Notes: generated by a model not told the origin, from the letters alone. A stretch of DNA of 64,000 nucleotides from an uncultured Candidatus Rokubacteria bacterium (GCA_963762145.1 CAVXJS010000016.1:1-64000); one strand, 5' to 3'; shown: positions 42,127 to 52,561, numbered from the stretch's first letter. Made by a program: numbers and translations.

Positions 42127-42921
42127 TCAGAGATACACCCCGCGCGTGATGCCGCCGTCCACGGTGATGGTGATCCCGGTGAGGTACGAGGCGCGCTCGG
42201 ACGCGAGGAAGCACACGACGTCGGCCACTTCCTCGGGCAGCGCGATGCGGCCGAGTGGAAATTCCTGACTACGTTCCTTTACGTAGTGCTCCGCGTCCTG
42301 ACCGGCCGCCTTCGCCTGCTGCTGCATCAGGCTGTCCCACCGCTCGGTCTTCACCGGGCCCGGCGAGACACCGGTGACCAGCACGTTCGACTTCACGGCG
42401 AGGTCGGAGAGCGCCTTGGTGAAGTTGATCAGCGCGGCGTTGGCGGTGCCGCCCATCATATAGGTGACGGCGGGATTGCGCGCGGCGGCGCCGACCACGT
42501 TGACGATGCGGCCACCGCCCTGCCGCTGCATGATCGGAAGCACCTCACGGGCCATGCGGATGTAGCCGAGGAGCTTGAGGCTCCATCCCTCGAGCCACTC
42601 CTCGTCGGGCGTGGAGAGGAAATCGCCGCCCTTGATCGCGCCCGCGTTGTTCACGAGGATGTCGAGGCGGCCGAGACGCATCACCGCGTCCTTCGCCACC
42701 CGCACGACCTCGTCGTGCCGGCTCAGGTCCGCCGCGACGGTCTCGACCCGGCCGCCCGTCGCGCGCTCGACGTCCAGGGCGGCCTGCGCGAGGGTGCCCG
42801 CGTCCCGGGAGCAGATCATCACGCGCGCGCCCTCCGCGGCGAGCGATCGCGCGACCGCACGGCCGATGCCCTTGCTGCCGCCGGTGACCAGCGCCGTCTT
42901 GCCCTTGAGCCCGAGATCCAT
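42127..42921 (-). CDS. SDR oxidoreductase
   Basis: MDLGLKGKTALVTGGSKGIG, LVNNAG, PLGR.A.PEEVA and VDGG. Confidence 0.9.
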   Translation of the reverse strand: MDLGLKGKTALVTGGSKGIGRAVARSLAAEGARVMICSRDAGTLAQAALDVERATGGRVETVAADLSRHDEVVRVAKDAVMRLGRLDILVNNAGAIKGGDFLSTPDEEWLEGWSLKLLGYIRMAREVLPIMQRQGGGRIVNVVGAAARNPAVTYMMGGTANAALINFTKALSDLAVKSNVLVTGVSPGPVKTERWDSLMQQQAKAAGQDAEHYVKERSQEFPLGRIALPEEVADVVCFLASERASYLTGITITVDGGITRGVYL

Positions 42922-42946
42922 CGCCTGACTCCTTTCGGTGTGGCGA

Positions 42947-43492
42947 TCAGCCCCGCGGCTTCTCGCGCGCGAGCAGTTCGTCGAACGTCTCCGCGGGCAA
43001 GCTCTCGGCCCAGCCCCGTCCCTCGGAGTCGCGGCCGTAGTACTCGGCCATGTAGACGCGGGCTTCCGGTTTCGTCCGGAAGAGGCGCCAGATGTGCGCG
43101 GCGGCGCCGCCGGGCCGCCGCAGGTAGAAGATGGGATCCGCGGGGCCGGTCGGCTCGTACACGGTGCGCTCGCCGAACTGATCGTAGGTGATCCAGGCCA
43201 CCGCGATGCCGCGCGCGGAGAGCACGCGCGCCCGCAGCGATTCCTCGAGCGGCAGCGACTCCACGTCCGAGAGGCGAGGGCCGTAGTAGACCGGCACCGC
43301 CGCCGCGTCCACCGAGAGCACGATGGGCAGCGTGCCGCCGGCGGATTCCAGAAGCGCGCGGGCCTCGTCGCCCACCCAGGCCTGACCCGCGGTGTAGAGA
43401 TCGGGCCAGGCCTCGAGCAGCCGTCCCGGGGGAAGCAGCTTGCGCCGTCGCGCAACCTCGCTCGCGTCGGACAGCGCGTGCAGGCGCGCCAC
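42947..43492 (-). CDS. Hypothetical protein
   Basis: C-terminal half of ORF 42947..44047 has ordinary protein composition; fits the operon spacing. Confidence 0.6.
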   Translation of the reverse strand: MARLHALSDASEVARRRKLLPPGRLLEAWPDLYTAGQAWVGDEARALLESAGGTLPIVLSVDAAAVPVYYGPRLSDVESLPLEESLRARVLSARGIAVAWITYDQFGERTVYEPTGPADPIFYLRRPGGAAAHIWRLFRTKPEARVYMAEYYGRDSEGRGWAESLPAETFDELLAREKPRG

Positions 43493-43497
43493 GCCGC

Positions 43498-44154
43498 TCA
43501 GTCCTCCGCCGGGAAGCGGGGCACCCGGCTCCAGTCGAACCGCGCGGGCGCCTCCGCGCCGAGGGCCAGGATCTCGCCGAGGCACCGGGCCACCGCGGTC
43601 GCGAACGCGCTCGTATCCCGGCCGTCCAGCCGGTGGCCCGCGAGCTTGGTCGCGCCGTCGTGCAGGAGCGCGCGCGCGCCCTCGAGATTGCCGTTCGCCA
43701 GGTGCTGGAAGCCGACCGCGACCTGGATGAGGCCCTGCAGAGCCTCGCGCTCCGCACCCTCGGCGCGCATCCAGAACGGCTCCAGTACCTCGTGGGTCTC
43801 GAAGTAGAGGCCGGCCTCGAACAGGGTGGCCGCTTCCGCCAGCCCCGTCGGCCGCGACGGATCCGGGGCCGCGAGCGGCCGGCCTGCGAGGGCGCGCGCG
43901 GCGCGGGCCGCGCGCTCGCCGAATGCGGCGGCGTGGGGACCGAAGCCCGGGCGGATGCGCCAGCCGTCGGGCCGGCGATCGAAGAGCTCGGCGGGAAAGC
44001 CCTCGGGGGGCGGCGCGGCGGGATCGAGCGCGCCCGGATCGGCGCACACCGCGGCGACCGCCTCGAGCCCGCGCCGCGCGGCGCTGTCGTGGAGCGCGTC
44101 GAGGATGAGATCGGCGAGCCGGTTACGCAGGGGCAAGGGCAGCGGCCGCGTCAC
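43498..44154 (-). CDS. DUF309 domain protein with an N-terminal extension
   Basis: LF..GLYFETHEVLE..W, LQGLIQ.AV...H...GN..GA. Confidence 0.8.
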   Translation of the reverse strand: MTRPLPLPLRNRLADLILDALHDSAARRGLEAVAAVCADPGALDPAAPPPEGFPAELFDRRPDGWRIRPGFGPHAAAFGERAARAARALAGRPLAAPDPSRPTGLAEAATLFEAGLYFETHEVLEPFWMRAEGAEREALQGLIQVAVGFQHLANGNLEGARALLHDGATKLAGHRLDGRDTSAFATAVARCLGEILALGAEAPARFDWSRVPRFPAED

Positions 44155-44675
44155 CGTCGGCGGGCGCGCCGGCTCGAGAGGCGCCGGTGCGCAGCGCGGA
44201 TCTGGGCGAGGTGGTTCAGGTCGTGCTCGGCCCAGTGGTCGAGAAGCTGCGGGATCGTGAGGCGGCCGTACTCCGGGTGCCGCCCGTGCTGCGCCTTCTG
44301 CGCCGCGCGGAGGCGGCCGACGTAGGCGAGGTTCGAGCGTCGCAGCGCGACGAACGTGGCGAGCGCCTCGCCCGGCGGCGTGCGCCGGTAGCCGCCCCCA
44401 TCCGCCCAGCGGTCCTGGTCCCACGCGACCAGCACCTGACGCGGCTCGGCCGCGATCTTGCGGATCCGGAACGCGAGCGCGATCTCCGCGTCGGCCAGGT
44501 GGCTCAGCACCTCGGCCACCGCCCACTCCCCTCGCCCGGGCCGGCGGGCCACCAGCCCGCGCGCGACCCGACGGAGCGCGCGCGCCAGCCGGGCGGGCGC
44601 CCGGCGCAACGCGGTCAGGGGGCGGGCTCGGCCGAGGAGAGCGTGCGGGGCGCGGCACATCGGGCAGGTCGGCAC
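44151..44675 (-). CDS. DinB-family protein
   Basis: GEW...EVLSHLADAE, WDQD.W and H.AEHDLNH..QI. Confidence 0.82.
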   Translation of the reverse strand: MPTCPMCRAPHALLGRARPLTALRRAPARLARALRRVARGLVARRPGRGEWAVAEVLSHLADAEIALAFRIRKIAAEPRQVLVAWDQDRWADGGGYRRTPPGEALATFVALRRSNLAYVGRLRAAQKAQHGRHPEYGRLTIPQLLDHWAEHDLNHLAQIRAAHRRLSSRRARRR

Positions 44676-44687
44676 GGGATGCCTCCT

Positions 44688-45332
44688 TCAGGTGACGTGT
44701 TCGACGCGGGTGCCCGCGATGAGATCGTGCAGCCCGCGCTTGTCGGCACGGAAGGCGACGAACAGGTAGCCGATGCCGAGGATGGCGGCGGAGAGCCAGG
44801 AGCCGAGATGGCGAAGCACGGAGCGCCCGAACGGCAACGGGGAGCCGTCGACCATGACGACGCGGATGCGGAAGAGCATCTTGCCGAGAGTCTGCCCGCG
44901 CGCCCAGTGCAGGAACACGAAGTAGCAGGGGCTCGCCAGGAAGCGGAACGCGCGCGAGGCCGCTGCGGCCAGCCGGTCGTCGGTGAGCGCCCAGATGACG
45001 AAGTTGAACGTCATCTCCGCGACCATCACCAGGACCAGGTCGAGGAGCAGGGCCGCCACGCGGCCCCAGAAGCCGGCGGGATGGGTGAGGCGCGGGGCGG
45101 TCGGAGGCGGGACCGGGGGCGCCTCGATCGTGGTAGCGCGCGGCGCGTCCGTCGCGTAGGCGGGCGAGGCGCTGGGGGCGACCGGGACCGGCGCGGTCGG
45201 CCCGGCCGCCGGTGTGGGCAAGGCGCTCGCCGCGGCCAGCTCGGCGCGGTAGCGGGCCACGTCCACGCCACAGCGCGGACAGTGCGTGCCGTCGGCCGGC
45301 GACCAGCCGCATTGCGGGCATGACGACGCCAT
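44688..45332 (-). CDS. RDD-family membrane protein with an N-terminal zinc ribbon
   Basis: CPQC...CPRC; AGFW.R.AA..LD, GQTLGK and GLHD.IAGT.V. Confidence 0.85.
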   Translation of the reverse strand: MASSCPQCGWSPADGTHCPRCGVDVARYRAELAAASALPTPAAGPTAPVPVAPSASPAYATDAPRATTIEAPPVPPPTAPRLTHPAGFWGRVAALLLDLVLVMVAEMTFNFVIWALTDDRLAAAASRAFRFLASPCYFVFLHWARGQTLGKMLFRIRVVMVDGSPLPFGRSVLRHLGSWLSAAILGIGYLFVAFRADKRGLHDLIAGTRVEHVT

Positions 45333-45410
45333 CGGCGCGTATCCTAGCACGCGCATCGCGCGACGGGGATGCGGGCGGGCGCGCGGGGCGCACGGTATAA
45401 TGCGCGCGTC

Positions 45411-46613
45411 ATGATTTCCGTCGCCGATGCGCAGGCCCACGTCCTCGCGCAGGTGACCCGGATCGCGCCGCCCGAGGTGGCCGCGGTGGGGGCCTGCCTG
45501 GGCCGCGTGCTCGCGGAGGACGTCTGCGCCGCCTTCGACGTGCCGCCCACCGCCAACTCCGCGGTGGACGGCTACGCGGTCCGCTCGGAGGACATACCCG
45601 CGAGCGGGACCCGCGAGCTCACCGTGGTGGCCGAGCTCGCGGCGGGCGCGGTCTTCGACGGCACGATCGCGCCCGGCGAGGCGCTCCGCATCATGACCGG
45701 CGCGCCGATGCCGGCGGGCGCCGGCACGGTGTACCCGCAGGAGATCGTGGAGCGGAGCGGGGGCTCGGTGCGCATCGGCGCCAGCCCCGCCGGCGTCAAC
45801 GTGCGTCACCGCGGCGAGGACGTGCGGGCCGGCTCGGTGGTGCTGACCGCGGGCACCGTGCTGCGCCCGCAGGAGCTGGGGGTCGCCGCCTCGCTCGGGC
45901 TCCCGCAGCTCCTGGTGCACCAGCGGCCGCGCGTGGCGATCCTCTCGACTGGCGACGAGGTCGCCGAGCCCGGCGACGCGCGCAAGCCCGGCCAGATCTT
46001 CGACTCGAACCGCTTCTCCCTGCACGGTCTCGTCCACGCCGCGGGCGGGCAGACCACCGATCACGGCATCGTCCCCGATCTCTACGAGGTGCTGCACGCG
46101 CGCCTGCGGACCGCGGCGGCCACCGCGGACGTGGTGATCACCTCGGGCGGCGTGTCGGTGGGCGATCACGATCTGGTGAAGGCGGTGCTCCAGGACGCGG
46201 GCGGGATCGACTTCTGGCAGGTCGCGATGCAGCCCGGCCGCCCGCTCGCGGTGGGCCGGATCGGGGCGGCCCTCTTCTTCGGCCTGCCCGGTAATCCGGT
46301 GGCCTCGATGCTCACGTTTCACCTCTTCGTGCGCCCCGCGCTGTGGAAGCTCGCGGGGCGGAGGGAGCTCTTCCCTCCCCGGTTCCACGCGGTGGCGATG
46401 GAGCCGATGAGCAAGAAGCCGGGCCGCCGGGAGTTCAAGCGCGGGATCCTCTCGTATCACGGCGACCGCTGGGAGGTGCGCATCACCGGGCCCCAGGGCT
46501 CCGGCATCCTCACCTCGATGACGCTGGCCAACTGCTTCGTGGTGATCGAGGAGGAGCGCGGCGACGTGGCGGCGGGGGATCGCGTGTCCGTCGAGCCGTT
46601 CGCGCTGGCCTGA
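45411..46613 (+). CDS. moeA: Molybdopterin molybdotransferase MoeA
   Basis: GRVLAED, SAVDGYA, IMTGAP, STGDE, TSGGVSVG, LPGNPV and QGSG. Confidence 0.93.
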   Translation: MISVADAQAHVLAQVTRIAPPEVAAVGACLGRVLAEDVCAAFDVPPTANSAVDGYAVRSEDIPASGTRELTVVAELAAGAVFDGTIAPGEALRIMTGAPMPAGAGTVYPQEIVERSGGSVRIGASPAGVNVRHRGEDVRAGSVVLTAGTVLRPQELGVAASLGLPQLLVHQRPRVAILSTGDEVAEPGDARKPGQIFDSNRFSLHGLVHAAGGQTTDHGIVPDLYEVLHARLRTAAATADVVITSGGVSVGDHDLVKAVLQDAGGIDFWQVAMQPGRPLAVGRIGAALFFGLPGNPVASMLTFHLFVRPALWKLAGRRELFPPRFHAVAMEPMSKKPGRREFKRGILSYHGDRWEVRITGPQGSGILTSMTLANCFVVIEEERGDVAAGDRVSVEPFALA

Positions 46614-46617
46614 GCCC

Positions 46618-48186
46618 ATGCCCCACGGCATCGAGACCCGGCTGATCGAGAGCGTCACCCCGATGGTGCGGGACCTGGTCACCACCCAGGCCCGGGCCCT
46701 CGCGGATCTCCACTACGCCGACGTGCGGCTCGAGATCAGCGAGGGCAAGTTCGCGGGCGCGGAGAACGGGGAGGCCAAGTCCTCCGGCGACGACTACGCC
46801 TTCGCCCTCGGGATCCGCGTCCTCGCGGGGCGCCGCATGACCGCGCCGGGCTACTTCGGCCGCGGGCTCGGCGCGGCGGATGTCCCGCACCTGGCCCGGC
46901 TGCTGCGCGAGGGTCTGCTCGCCGCCTACCGGCGCGCGATGGCCAACGCGGAGATGAAGGCGGAGGTGAAGGGCAAGTTCGGCGCCCTCGGTGACGCACT
47001 CGCCGACACGCGCCTGCATCCGGTTCCGGTGCGCCAGGCGGTGGTCCCGGCCGTCTTCGAGGTCGACCCTCGATCGGTCGCGCTCGACGACATGCAGCGC
47101 CTCACCACCGACGTGTCCCGGCGCGTCGCCGGCTTCCACGCGAGCGCCTCCTACAACTACGTCTCCACGATGACCCAGCTGAGCCGCGAGCTCTTCGTCT
47201 CCACCGAGGGGGCGGTCATCGACCAGTCGTTCGCCCTCACCCAGGGCATGTGCTACGTGGTGGCGACCGGGGCCGACAACAGCCAGGAGATCTACGACGT
47301 GCTCGGCCACCAGCGCGGCTGGGAGATCCTCACCCGGGGGGTGGCCGAGCCGCTGATCGAGTTCCCGCCCTTCCCGGAATTCGCCCTCGCGCTCGCCGGC
47401 GACGCGGTGGAGCTGGCCGCCGCGCCCGCGCTCGCGGCCCCCGAGGGCGAGGTGCCGGTCGTCACCGATCCGCACTACAACACCCTGCTCTCCCACGAGA
47501 TCGTGGGCCACCCGGTCGAGCTCGATCGCGGGCTCAAGATGGAGACCGCGTACGCCGGACGCTCCTGGCTGCTGCGCGGCCTCGACGACACCCAGCTCGG
47601 CCGACGCATCGCCTCACCCCTGGTCAGCGCGTTCTCGGATCCGTCCCTGCCCGGCTACGGCCACTACGCCTACGATCACGAGGGGACGCCGGCACGTCGG
47701 GTCGTCCACATCGATCGCGGAGTCTTCACCGGCTTCATGAACAGCCGGCAGACCGCGGCGATCTTCGGCGGCGATCCCAACGGGCACTGGAAGGCCACCG
47801 ACGCCTCGCTGGTGCCGCTGGTCCGCATGTCGTCGACCGTGTTCGCGGGCGGAGACCAGGACCCGGCGGAGCTCATCAAGGAGATCGACCACGGCTACTT
47901 CCTGGTCGGCCACCGGACGCCGTCCATCGCGGAGAGCCGCGAGAACTTTCGCATCACCGCGCGCAAGGTCTACGAGATCCACCGCGGCCAGATCGGCCGG
48001 CTCTACCGCGACGGGGGCATCATGGCGGACAGCCGCGATTTCCTGATGCACGTGGACGGCGTGGGGCGCGACTTCCGGCTCTACCCCATTCCCAATTGCG
48101 GCAAGGGCCAGCCCATGCAGACGCGCAAGCTCGGCAACGGCGGCCCCACCCTGCGCAGCCGCGCGGTCGTGACCGGCGGAGCCTGA
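46618..48186 (+). CDS. tldD: TldD metalloprotease subunit
   Basis: HEIVGHPVE.DR, YDHEG, VRM and C-terminal CGKGQP. Confidence 0.88.
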   Translation: MPHGIETRLIESVTPMVRDLVTTQARALADLHYADVRLEISEGKFAGAENGEAKSSGDDYAFALGIRVLAGRRMTAPGYFGRGLGAADVPHLARLLREGLLAAYRRAMANAEMKAEVKGKFGALGDALADTRLHPVPVRQAVVPAVFEVDPRSVALDDMQRLTTDVSRRVAGFHASASYNYVSTMTQLSRELFVSTEGAVIDQSFALTQGMCYVVATGADNSQEIYDVLGHQRGWEILTRGVAEPLIEFPPFPEFALALAGDAVELAAAPALAAPEGEVPVVTDPHYNTLLSHEIVGHPVELDRGLKMETAYAGRSWLLRGLDDTQLGRRIASPLVSAFSDPSLPGYGHYAYDHEGTPARRVVHIDRGVFTGFMNSRQTAAIFGGDPNGHWKATDASLVPLVRMSSTVFAGGDQDPAELIKEIDHGYFLVGHRTPSIAESRENFRITARKVYEIHRGQIGRLYRDGGIMADSRDFLMHVDGVGRDFRLYPIPNCGKGQPMQTRKLGNGGPTLRSRAVVTGGA

Positions 48187-48191
48187 CCCGC

Positions 48192-49741
48192 GTGGATCTC
48201 GCGCGGGCGGTCCGGGAGGCGCTCGCCCGCCTCGGCGCCGCACCCGGGGTGCGTGAGGTCGAGGTCTTCGCCGCCTTCAACCGCTCGCTGTTCACCCGGC
48301 TGAACTACACCTCGCACATCCCCTGCAACGGCGTGGAGGAGCCCAAGTCCACCGAGATGGCGGGCCTCGGGGTCCAGGCGGTGTTCGACGGGCCCGACGG
48401 GCGCCCCTGATCGGCTTCGGCTCGGAGCCCAGTGACCTCACGCCGGAGGGCGCGCTGCGGGCGCTCGCGAAGGCGCGCCAGGCCGCGGTCCACGATCCCG
48501 AGTTCCGCTCCCTGCCGCGCTCCGGCGGCGCGCCGCAGGCCCTCACCGCCTATCACGACCCACGGCTCATGAACGTGGAGGACGCCGAGCTGGTGGAGGC
48601 GGGCTGGAAGGTGATCACCGGCGGGCTGCGCGCCTTCATGGCGTCGTCCCGGCTCGCCGACCTTTCGCCGGACGAAGCGGGACTCAAGCGGCTCGGGCTC
48701 ATCCTGGGCGGCGACGTGAGCATTCTCCAGTCGCGCGTGGCGATCGCCTCCAGCGCGATGCCCGAGCCCCAGGCCGACGACTCCGCGTTCATGTCGGCCT
48801 CCGCGACCGGCATGGTGGAGGCGCGCGACGCCAAGGGCTCCGGGTGGTCCATCACGACGCGGCTCGAGCACTTCACCGACGAGGCCGGCGGCGAGGCGGC
48901 GGGCAACGCGGTGGCCGCGATGGACGGCGAGCGGGTGCCATCGGGCGACTACACGGTCATCTTCGGGCCGCAGCCGGTGGCCGACCTGTGCAACAACCTG
49001 ATCGTCCCCTCCTGCCAGGCCGGCTCGTTCTACTCTTCCAGCACGCCGTTCCTGGGCCGGCTCGGCCGCGTCGTCGCGGCGCCGGCGCTGAGCATCTACG
49101 ACCACGGCGCGATGCCGGGGCTGGCCGGGTCGCGCGGCATCACCTGCGAGGGACTGCCCACCGGGCGCACCGACCTGATCAAGGACGGGGTGCTCGTCGG
49201 GCTGCTGAGCCACTGGTACGACACCCAGCGGCTGCTCCACGATCCGGCCGCGCGCGAGAAGCTCGGAATGGATCCGGTTGCGGCGGCGGCCGCGCTCACG
49301 CCGCGCAACGGCTTCCGCGGAGACGGCGGCTCCGGCCGCTCCTTCGAGGGCACGCCGGGCACGTCGGCGTCCAACGTCATCGTGGAGGGCGCGGATCCGG
49401 TGTCGCTCGCGGATCTCGCCGCGCGGGTGCGCGACGGACTCTACGTGGGCCGCATCTGGTACACGTACCCGATCAACGGGTTGCGGGCCGGTGACTTCAC
49501 TTGTACGGTGGTGGGTGATTCCTTTATCATCCGCGACGGCCGGATCGCGGGACCGCTGAAGGCGAACACGATCCGGATCAACGACAACGTGACGCGCGTG
49601 CTGCAGGCCGTCGTCGGGACCACCAAGGACGCGCGCGGCACGCCGCTGTGGGCGGCCGACGAGGTCGTGTACGCTCCCGCGATCGCGGTGAGCGGCGTGC
49701 ACGTGGATGCGATCGCAGGCTTCATGGAGGGATTGGACTGA
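48192..49741 (+). CDS. pmbA: TldE/PmbA subunit (frameshift near 48405)
   Basis: Follows tldD; no HExxxH; GDYTVIFGP, EGLPT..T.LI.DG and GDFT. Confidence 0.78.
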
Positions 49742-50637
49742 TGGCGAATCCGGACCTGGCGAAGCTCGAGTCCATCGCCCGCGAGGGGCGGGCGCAGATC
49801 ATCCGGATGCTCACCCACGCGGGGTCGGGACATCCCGGGGGCTCGCTCTCGGCCATCGACATCCTCACCACCCTCTTCTTCAACCGCATGCGCTACGACC
49901 CCAAGCGTCCCGGGTGGGAAGACCGCGACCGCTTCGTGCTCTCCAAGGGCCACTGCGTGCCGGCCCAGTACTACTGCATGGCCCGCGCGGGCTACTTCCC
50001 GATGGACCGCCTGATCACCCTGCGCAAGCTCGGCAGCCCGCTCCAGGGGCATCCCGACCGCGTGATGCTGCCCGGCATCGAGGCCGCGACCGGCTCGCTC
50101 GGGCAGGGCCTGTCGGTGGCGATGGGCATGGCGCTCGGGCTCAAGCTCGGAGGCAAGGGCGCGCGGGTCTACTGCGTGGTGGGCGACGGCGAGATCCAGG
50201 AAGGCCAGGTGTGGGAGAGCCTCATGTCCGCGCCGAAGCTCGGCGCGCCCGACCATCACCTGGACAATCTCTGCGTGATCCTCGACTACAACGGCATCCA
50301 GCTCGACAGCTTCGTGAAGAAGATCCTCGACCTCGAGCCGGTGACCGACAAGCTCAAGGCCTTCGGCTGGCCGGTGCTCGAGGTCAACGGCCACGACATC
50401 GCCCAGGTGGACAAGGCGCTCGACCAGGCGGAGGCCACCAAGGGCGGCCCCACGTTCATCGTGGCCCACACGATCAAGGGGAAGGGCGTGTCGTTCATGG
50501 AGAACGATCCGGAGTGGCACGGCAAGGCGCCCAAGCCCGAGGAAGCGGTGCGGGCGATCCAGGAGATCACGGGGAGCCCCACCCCGGGATGGGCCGAGCC
50601 GATCATCGCGGAGCTGTCCGCCCTGGGGAAGAAGTGA
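49741..50637 (+). CDS. Transketolase, N-terminal (TPP-binding) subunit
   Basis: SGHPGGSLS, RDRFVLSKGH, TGSLGQG, GDGE..EGQ.WE and TIKGKG..WHGK. Confidence 0.92.
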   Translation: MANPDLAKLESIAREGRAQIIRMLTHAGSGHPGGSLSAIDILTTLFFNRMRYDPKRPGWEDRDRFVLSKGHCVPAQYYCMARAGYFPMDRLITLRKLGSPLQGHPDRVMLPGIEAATGSLGQGLSVAMGMALGLKLGGKGARVYCVVGDGEIQEGQVWESLMSAPKLGAPDHHLDNLCVILDYNGIQLDSFVKKILDLEPVTDKLKAFGWPVLEVNGHDIAQVDKALDQAEATKGGPTFIVAHTIKGKGVSFMENDPEWHGKAPKPEEAVRAIQEITGSPTPGWAEPIIAELSALGKK

Positions 50638-51563
50638 TGGCGGCCAAGGCCTCGCGGGCCGCGTTCGGAGAGACGCTGATCGAGCTGGGCGCCAAGGACC
50701 AGAGGATCGTCACGCTCGACGCGGATCTGTCCAAGTCCACCATGACCGCGGGCTTCGCCAAGAAGTACCCGGCGCGCGCGTTCAATCTCGGCATCGCCGA
50801 ATCCGGCATGATCGGGGTGGCCGCGGGCCTCGCCCTCGCCGGCCACGTGCCCTTCGCGTGCTCCTTCGCCTGCTTCCTGGTCGGCCGCTTCGAGACGATC
50901 CGGGTCTCGGTCGCCTACACCGACGCCCCGGTCAAGCTGGTCGGCACCCACGTGGGCGTGGCGATCGGCGAGGACGGCTACACCCAGATGGGCCTGGAGG
51001 ACATCGCCTGCCTGCGGGCGCTGCCGAACATCCCGATCGTGCAGCCCGCCGACGAGCTCGAGACGAAGCAGGCGGTCGCCTACGCGGTGGAGCATCCGGG
51101 CCCGATCTACCTGCGGCTCACCCGACAGAACCTCGAGCCGGTGCACGACGCGGCCTACCGCTTCCAGTTCGGCCGGGCCGACGTGCTGCGTCCGGGACAC
51201 GACGTCACGCTGCTCGCCACCGGCGGCCCGGTCTGGAACGCGCTCGAGGCCGCCAAGAAGCTCGCGGCCGACGGGATCCAGGCCGAGGTCATCAACGTCG
51301 CGACCATCAAGCCGCTCGACGAGGCGGCCATCCTCCGCTCGGCGGGCCGCACCGGCCACGTGATGACGGTGGAGGACCACAGCATCCACGGCGGCCTGGG
51401 CAGCGCCGTCGCCGAGCTGCTCGGCGAGGTGATGCCCACGCCGATGAAGCGGATCGGGGTGACGACGTTCGGGGAGTCCGGCGACTACAAGGGCCTCTAC
51501 GCCAAGCACGGCCTCGACGCCGACGGCATCGCGGGAGCGGTCCGGAAGTTCCTCAGCCGCTAG
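50637..51563 (+). CDS. Transketolase, C-terminal subunit
   Basis: LDADLSKST, GIAE, GEDG.TQ, P.YLRL.R and EDH...GGLG. Confidence 0.92.
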   Translation: MAAKASRAAFGETLIELGAKDQRIVTLDADLSKSTMTAGFAKKYPARAFNLGIAESGMIGVAAGLALAGHVPFACSFACFLVGRFETIRVSVAYTDAPVKLVGTHVGVAIGEDGYTQMGLEDIACLRALPNIPIVQPADELETKQAVAYAVEHPGPIYLRLTRQNLEPVHDAAYRFQFGRADVLRPGHDVTLLATGGPVWNALEAAKKLAADGIQAEVINVATIKPLDEAAILRSAGRTGHVMTVEDHSIHGGLGSAVAELLGEVMPTPMKRIGVTTFGESGDYKGLYAKHGLDADGIAGAVRKFLSR

Positions 51564-51572
51564 CCGCCCGCC

Positions 51573-52112
51573 TCAGCGGGGCTTCACCACCCAGAGGTAC
51601 ACGGGGGTGGTGCGTCCGCTGATGTCCACCCGGAGCATCGAGGTCGGCTCCCAGTCGCCCATGTCGAAGTTGAAGGAGACGACGCGGGTGCCGGGGGCCA
51701 GCTCGCGCTCGAGCTTCGGCCGCAGCCGCAGGTTCACCTCCCGCGTCAGGTAGATCGTGACCACGGTCGCGGCCGAGAGATCCGCCTGGAAGAGATCCTG
51801 CTCGAGGAAGGTCACGCGCGTCTCGACGCCCGCGCGCCGCGCGAGCTCGCGGCTCTGCGCGACGAGCTTCGGATCGATCTCGATGCCGACGCCCCGGGCC
51901 CGGTAGTCCCGCGCCGCCGCGATGACCAGCCGCCCGTCGCCCGAGCCCAGGTCGTAGACCACGTCGGCCGGCCCCACGCGGGCCAGCGCGAGCATCCGGT
52001 CCACCACCTCGGGCGGGGTCACGAGGAAGGGCACGTCGGCGCCCGGATGCGGCGCGCAGGCTCCCGCCAGGAGCAGCAGGCCGAGCAGTCCGGCGCCCGT
52101 GCTACGCTTCAC
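51573..52112 (-). CDS. Class I SAM methyltransferase with a lipoprotein-like signal peptide
   Basis: LLLLAGAC; DVPF..TP, YDLGSGDGR and G.GIEID. Confidence 0.82.
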   Translation of the reverse strand: MKRSTGAGLLGLLLLAGACAPHPGADVPFLVTPPEVVDRMLALARVGPADVVYDLGSGDGRLVIAAARDYRARGVGIEIDPKLVAQSRELARRAGVETRVTFLEQDLFQADLSAATVVTIYLTREVNLRLRPKLERELAPGTRVVSFNFDMGDWEPTSMLRVDISGRTTPVYLWVVKPR

Positions 52113-52114
52113 GC

Positions 52115-52561
52115 ATGATCTCCGCGGTGGTCTCGTCGCTGCACGTGCTCGCCCTGGCCATCGGGCTCCCCGCGGTGTTCCTGCGGGGCCGCGCGCTCAA
52201 GGGGCCGCTCGACGCCGACGGGGTGCGCCGGCTGCTGGCCGCCGACAACGCCTGGGGCGTGGCGGCGGTGCTCTGGATCGTCACCGGGCTGCTCCGGGCC
52301 TTCGCCGGGCTCGAGAAGGGCACCGAGTTCTATCTCCGGTCGCCGCTCTTCTGGACGAAGATGACCTTTTTCCTGCTGATCCTCGCGCTCGAGGTCCGGC
52401 CGATGATGACCTTCATCCGCTGGCGGATGCAGCTCGGACGCGGGCTCCCGGTGGACACGGCGGCGTCGCGGGGCCTCTACACCGTGAACCACATCGAGCT
52501 GGCGCTCGTGGTGGTGATGGTGTTCGTGGCCTCCATGATGGCCCGCGGGATCGGCTTCTAG
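52115..52561 (+). CDS. DUF2214-family membrane protein
   Basis: ADN.WG.AA...TGLLR...EKG..FY....FW.KM...P...FI.WR and MARG.G. Confidence 0.8.
   Translation: MISAVVSSLHVLALAIGLPAVFLRGRALKGPLDADGVRRLLAADNAWGVAAVLWIVTGLLRAFAGLEKGTEFYLRSPLFWTKMTFFLLILALEVRPMMTFIRWRMQLGRGLPVDTAASRGLYTVNHIELALVVVMVFVASMMARGIGF

Noticed and set aside
48400-48412. Selenocysteine or stop readthrough at the TGA in tldE
   Set aside because: Coding continues in a different frame (LIGFGSEP), consistent with a missing C in a C-run.
46618-49741. RiPP biosynthetic cluster around tldD/tldE
   Set aside because: No precursor peptide, YcaO or modifying enzymes adjacent.
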